Source: Promethearchaeota archaeon (GTDB taxonomy: Archaea; Asgardarchaeota; Lokiarchaeia; Sigyniarchaeales; SOKP01). From it: 64,000 nucleotides of DNA. The notes beneath the pieces are model-generated. The model saw only the letters and a list, made by a program, of their open reading frames with translations, did no database searches and was not told the origin of the DNA. Shown piece after piece: positions 59,557 to 64,000 of this stretch. Each line of letters starts with the position of its first letter. The first letter of the stretch is position 1. The DNA lies in the NCBI GenBank assembly GCA_048938005.1, contig JBHLMQ010000013.1, positions 1-64,000 on the forward strand, written 5' to 3'. A program made the position numbers and the translations under genes.

Positions 59557-59750
59557 TCTTTCTTATTTTGTTATTTCTGGTTTGAGTAAAATTCGAATTT
59601 ATTTTAATGTGTAATTTATTTTCTTTACTTTTCTTTTTAAACAGCCATAATTTCCACTATTTAAATTATTTTCTTTAAAAATCTATTAATTAAACAAACG
59701 ATTTATTAAAATAATCAAGATCAATAATAGGGAAAATGCTAAATGAATTT

Positions 59751-60432
59751 ACTGCTATTAGTGGTGGATTCTAAACAGAAATAAATGTTTGAAATTAAGA
59801 GCAGTTGAAAAATAAGAAAATAAAATAAGAGAATCTATAAATGATTCTGAAGCCAATTAACCTCCAATTTCTCCACTATATGGCATACTATGTATTCTTC
59901 ATTCAAATTTTTAAAGTAAACCAAAAAAAATTACAAATAAATTAAAAAATAGAAACATATCTTATCATAGAATAAAGAATTAAAAGTTATTTTATATATT
60001 AGGATATACTTTTTACGAAACTTTAGAGGATTTATCTAAGGGAAAAGAATTAAACCAAATATAAAACATTAAGAATATCAAGATTGTTAATATGTAAATT
60101 TCTGGACGCGTCTGCTGCTATAAGTATTGGATTGTAAATAAAAGTAAACATTTGAATTTAAGAAAAGTTGAAAAATAAGAGAATAAAATAGGAGAATCCA
60201 TAAATGATTCTAAACCTAATTAACTACCTATTTCTCCAGTTAATGGCATACCATATATTCTTCATTCAAATTTTTAAAGTAAACAAAAAAAAATTCCAAA
60301 TAAATTAAAAAATATAAAAATATCTAATCATAAAATAAAGAATTAAAAATTTTTTTTATGTTAGGATACATTGTTTATGAAACTTTAGAAGATTTATCCA
60401 GAGGAAAAGGATTAAGCCAAATACAAAATGTT
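59751..60432 (+). repeat. Diverged tandem duplication (~320 bp, period 362 bp) of the upstream region and first codons of the 1211-aa gene
   Basis: Shared blocks GTTGAAAAATAAGA, ATAAATGATTCT, TATTCTTCATTCAAATTTTTAAAGTAAAC, GAAACTTTAGA; copy 1 encodes ILGYTFYETLEDLSKGKELNQI* (59996-60064). Confidence 0.9.
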
Positions 60433-63400
60433 TTCAACATTTTAAATTCTGAATTAGCTGATTATCTTAAACTACAGCCCCTATATCAAGAGATAATTAT
60501 AAAATTACTTAATAAAGGAGGTTTTAAAAAAGGAGCAAACGTATCCATCCTTGATTTTGGAGTTAAGAGAATTGTTAAAAATAATAAATTAATGTTAGAA
60601 ATAAATGAAAATTATAAAAAATTTTTACCCTTTATTTTGTTTAGAGAAGCATGTTATTCCTTCATTCCTAAAGACGTGAGTGACCTTGTTAAAATATGTA
60701 TTAACCAAATTGTAGAAAATAATCTCATTAGATTATCAACCTCTAAAGATTGGAAGAAATTAATAAGAGATTCTTTAGTAGACAGGATGTTTATTCACTC
60801 TCAGTTCGATAAATTACAAAAATTTTTCAATATTGAGGCAAAAGAACCGTTAGAGAGCTCAACTCAATTTTTTTTTAATGAAATGAGAGAAAATAGATTA
60901 TTGAGCCAAAATGATAATATTGATAAGTTTTATGATATAATTTATGAAAGATTTACCTATAAAACATCTAGATCTTTATTTAATTCAGATATTATAGAAA
61001 CATTAAGAATAATGATCCACCTTTTTTACAAAACCAAATCATATTTAAATTTATCAGATTATCAATCCCTATTCAAAAAATTCAAGGAAAATAAACAGAT
61101 AGATACAGATTTAAGTTTGAGAAAATTTGCCGAAAATATGCAATGGATTAATAAATGTTCTTCCATTGCGCCTTCCTATGATATTGATTATGGGGTTATT
61201 GACCTTTGTGTAATTATAGGTATTATAAAATTTAATCCTCTTTTAGAGAAAAATAAAATCAAAATTTTAATTGAAGAATGGCCATTTTACCATTCTCTAA
61301 AATTCTCAGAAAATAGTCTCGCAACAGAAGTTTTTTTATATTTTAATGTTCCTAGAATATACTTAAATGATTTATTAAATTATTTTGGTAGATTAGAAGA
61401 ATATGGTTATATAATTAGAAAGGAATTATATCAGGAATTTAAAAAAACCTCTCCTATAAATCTAAATTATTTTAAAGATATCGCCAATGTAAGAAGAATT
61501 ATTTATCCCAATAATATTAGTTATGAGGAAAAGTATGAGATTGAATCTAACATAAAATATTCTACGATTTCTCACCCTCCTCCCCTATCCATTTTTGATT
61601 TCATAATTCTAGATCGTGTAAGAAATCTATCAGTTACGGGTCTAACCTTTGATAAAAGAATAGAAACGCTAAATTCTATAAAAGAGGATGTCGAAAATGA
61701 ATTACGAAAACAAAGAGTTTTTAATGAAGAGTTTAAGGTTAGTTTAGATAAAATATTAAATTCATCTAAATTAAAACACCAATTCTTACAGTTTATAGAG
61801 AAAAATAAGAACAAAGGATTTTTATATTCATATTTTCAACTGAGCCATACTTTAAATTACATAGATTTAATTAGAAACATTTTAAATGATCATCCTGAAA
61901 TAACAAATAGCCATCTACTCCAGACATTCCTAAATACAAAAGCAATCTCTCAAATTATCGAAGAACAATTACTTATTCGAAATAAAAATATAAAAAAAAG
62001 TATATTTCGAAATTTTATTTCGCTGTATTTTCAATCCATAAGCTTATTTAAAGAAAAAATAGGAAAAATTCAAGCCTTTTACAATGTATTAGATGCTTGT
62101 AATAACCTTAAAATTTTAGATTTGATTAATATAAAAAAAATCGTAAGTAATTCCAATTTAGTTGAAGAAATTTATCGAAAAAGAGAAGAAAGATATGAGG
62201 ATATATTCAAATCCGTAACCTTATATAAAATCACAAACGAAAAGATTGAATCCACCATTGAAACGTTTCTAAATTGTAATCCTCCTTTATTGAACCCCCT
62301 TTTAATAAATACAATAATAACAAGCACATTTGCTAAATATTATCCCGAATTAATATTAAAAGACACACCTAAGGCTTATGATGGCCTAAAGAAACTGAAA
62401 TTATATTTTCCAAGAATATTTATCTTTAAAACAACAGAATTATATACTAAAAGAAATTTTATTTGTATTGAAACCTACTTTATAAATATAAAAGAAAAAG
62501 GATTATTTTTATCTATTTTATGTACTTATTTTAAAGATTCGATCATTAAAATAACACGTTATTTTTGGAGGGGGGTTAGGAGAAGATGGAAACTTGATCC
62601 AAAAGAGTTTTATGATTATGAAAATCAACAATTTTTCTATTCAAAAGACTTATTTGAACAACTCCAAATATATACTCCGAAAATTCTTGGAGAAAAATTA
62701 GAGTTGCCTAAATATCCATTGAATGATAATGTACCAGAAATTTTTTGGTCAGGAAAAGAGAATATGGAAAACTTGGTAGCTACTGTAAAGAACAGAATCT
62801 CGCGTCAAGATATTGATTTTAACGTACAAAAATTAGGTAATTTGCTAGAATTTATAAGAAATTTAGAAACAAATTTATTAGATCGTACTAAATTTATTGA
62901 TGTTAAAGTTAAAAAATATTTTAAGAGATATGTAAATTCGATAAAATTTATTCCAGCTTTTCAGAAATTTGGCTTATCCCCGTATTGTTTATATTTTCGT
63001 CCATTTGATTATAAATATGTCGATTTCAGGCTTCTGTTTATAAATACTTTTAGGGTTATTAAATATCCTGCTTGTGTTGAGACTAACACACCAATTTTTT
63101 GTGAGTTTATATTTCCCTTCAGGACTCCTAATAAAACTTATTTAAATTGGCTTGTAAAATCAAAAAAAAATGTTTTTGAGTATTGTCTTTTCTATAAAAA
63201 GAAATTTTATGAGGTTATTCACTTTAATCGCAATTTAACAAAAGAAGGTTGGAGCTATTCATCAATTAGATTTAAATCATACATGCAAGATGTGTTATTC
63301 AATCCTTCATATAATCCAAAGATTTCCAAAATAAGAGAATTTGATATGAATGAAAAGTATGACCTTAATATTTATGGACCAAAAACTCAAGAATATGAAT

Positions 63401-63993
63401 CTTTAACTCAATTATATAATACCCATGCTATCGATATCAAATCATACTTAGGAACAAAAAGATATTCCATTATTAACAATATTACTGATCTCCTTCAAAA
63501 GAAATTAATTTTCCCTTATCTATCATTAAAAAATTTAGATTTTCAAGAGAAAATTTCAATAATTTTACCCAATATTAAACAGGATTTAAATGATAAGATT
63601 ATAAGGATATTTAGTTTTTTCAATATGTGTCGAATATATGAAATCGAAGGGGAATTCTTTATTTATGGTTTTGAAGATGTGAAATCATTTGAAAACGGGC
63701 TTTTAATCGAAATTTGGCTGCCTAAATGCGAATTGGATGAATTTATTGAAGTTTTTGATTTGTTATTTCAATATTTTAATGTGAAACATCGCCTAATCTT
63801 AAGTGATATAGTTAATGGAAATACCTTACTCAAGTCAATTTACGGAAATTTAGACTTTCTAAATTCATATAACCCACTATTAAATCTAAAATGGAATGAA
63901 AAAGATAAGATCTGGATGAATCATAAGCTTTTTAATGAAAAATTCGAACCAATTTACCCAGATTTAATTCCTAACAAAATAAATCAAGTTTAA
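60358..63993 (+). CDS. Giant hypothetical protein, possibly with repeated Lrp/AsnC-like modules
   Basis: 1211 aa; recurring segments IAPSYDIDYGVIDL, IKFIPAFQKFGL, IFPYLSLKNLDF each followed by beta-alpha-beta units. Confidence 0.7.
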   Translation: MLGYIVYETLEDLSRGKGLSQIQNVFNILNSELADYLKLQPLYQEIIIKLLNKGGFKKGANVSILDFGVKRIVKNNKLMLEINENYKKFLPFILFREACYSFIPKDVSDLVKICINQIVENNLIRLSTSKDWKKLIRDSLVDRMFIHSQFDKLQKFFNIEAKEPLESSTQFFFNEMRENRLLSQNDNIDKFYDIIYERFTYKTSRSLFNSDIIETLRIMIHLFYKTKSYLNLSDYQSLFKKFKENKQIDTDLSLRKFAENMQWINKCSSIAPSYDIDYGVIDLCVIIGIIKFNPLLEKNKIKILIEEWPFYHSLKFSENSLATEVFLYFNVPRIYLNDLLNYFGRLEEYGYIIRKELYQEFKKTSPINLNYFKDIANVRRIIYPNNISYEEKYEIESNIKYSTISHPPPLSIFDFIILDRVRNLSVTGLTFDKRIETLNSIKEDVENELRKQRVFNEEFKVSLDKILNSSKLKHQFLQFIEKNKNKGFLYSYFQLSHTLNYIDLIRNILNDHPEITNSHLLQTFLNTKAISQIIEEQLLIRNKNIKKSIFRNFISLYFQSISLFKEKIGKIQAFYNVLDACNNLKILDLINIKKIVSNSNLVEEIYRKREERYEDIFKSVTLYKITNEKIESTIETFLNCNPPLLNPLLINTIITSTFAKYYPELILKDTPKAYDGLKKLKLYFPRIFIFKTTELYTKRNFICIETYFINIKEKGLFLSILCTYFKDSIIKITRYFWRGVRRRWKLDPKEFYDYENQQFFYSKDLFEQLQIYTPKILGEKLELPKYPLNDNVPEIFWSGKENMENLVATVKNRISRQDIDFNVQKLGNLLEFIRNLETNLLDRTKFIDVKVKKYFKRYVNSIKFIPAFQKFGLSPYCLYFRPFDYKYVDFRLLFINTFRVIKYPACVETNTPIFCEFIFPFRTPNKTYLNWLVKSKKNVFEYCLFYKKKFYEVIHFNRNLTKEGWSYSSIRFKSYMQDVLFNPSYNPKISKIREFDMNEKYDLNIYGPKTQEYESLTQLYNTHAIDIKSYLGTKRYSIINNITDLLQKKLIFPYLSLKNLDFQEKISIILPNIKQDLNDKIIRIFSFFNMCRIYEIEGEFFIYGFEDVKSFENGLLIEIWLPKCELDEFIEVFDLLFQYFNVKHRLILSDIVNGNTLLKSIYGNLDFLNSYNPLLNLKWNEKDKIWMNHKLFNEKFEPIYPDLIPNKINQV

Positions 63994-64000
63994 AAATATA

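Noticed and set aside
59751-60432. CRISPR array or IS ends
   Set aside because: Only two long diverged copies; no repeat-spacer pattern, terminal inverted repeats or transposase.
866-61814. Short nested or antisense ORFs in the track (e.g. 866, 4036, 5204, 11064, 11767, 21106, 21444, 22249, 30139, 31462, 31833, 39184, 42224, 42537, 45281, 46250, 51501, 53605, 54985, 55405, 56050, 56290, 61572)
   Set aside because: Shadows of well-supported genes on the opposite strand; no motifs.

Overview
AT-rich archaeal chromosome segment, very likely Asgard (Lokiarchaeia-like), judged from the archaeal 16S 5' end, archaeal information-processing genes, Roadblock proteins, MglA/Arf-like GTPases, a V4R protein and large lineage-specific proteins. 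It contains the 5' end of 16S rRNA (minus strand), three tRNAs (Glu-CTC with a D-loop intron, Ile-GAT, Arg-TCT), translation and RNA-processing genes (L3/L4/L23, S17e, L15e, class I LysRS, ABCE1, Rqc2, arcTGT, Trm5, Pop5, Rpp30), two TFB paralogues, Cdc6/Orc1, a dispersed Tad/Flp-like pilus system and several metabolic genes. Best signals missing from the ORF track: (1) a 16-codon leader ORF with four Trp codons (MATVRSITWQWPWRWQ) upstream of trpB2, suggesting ribosome-mediated Trp sensing; (2) an intergenic box C/D guide RNA whose two guides point to LSU rRNA A1913 and G1945 (E. coli numbering), equivalent to yeast Am2256 and Gm2288; (3) a Roadblock-DENN-like-GTPase operon; (4) several intact genes that appear to start at ATA. 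No CRISPR array or transposase was seen. All calls come from reading motifs by eye; no searches were run.
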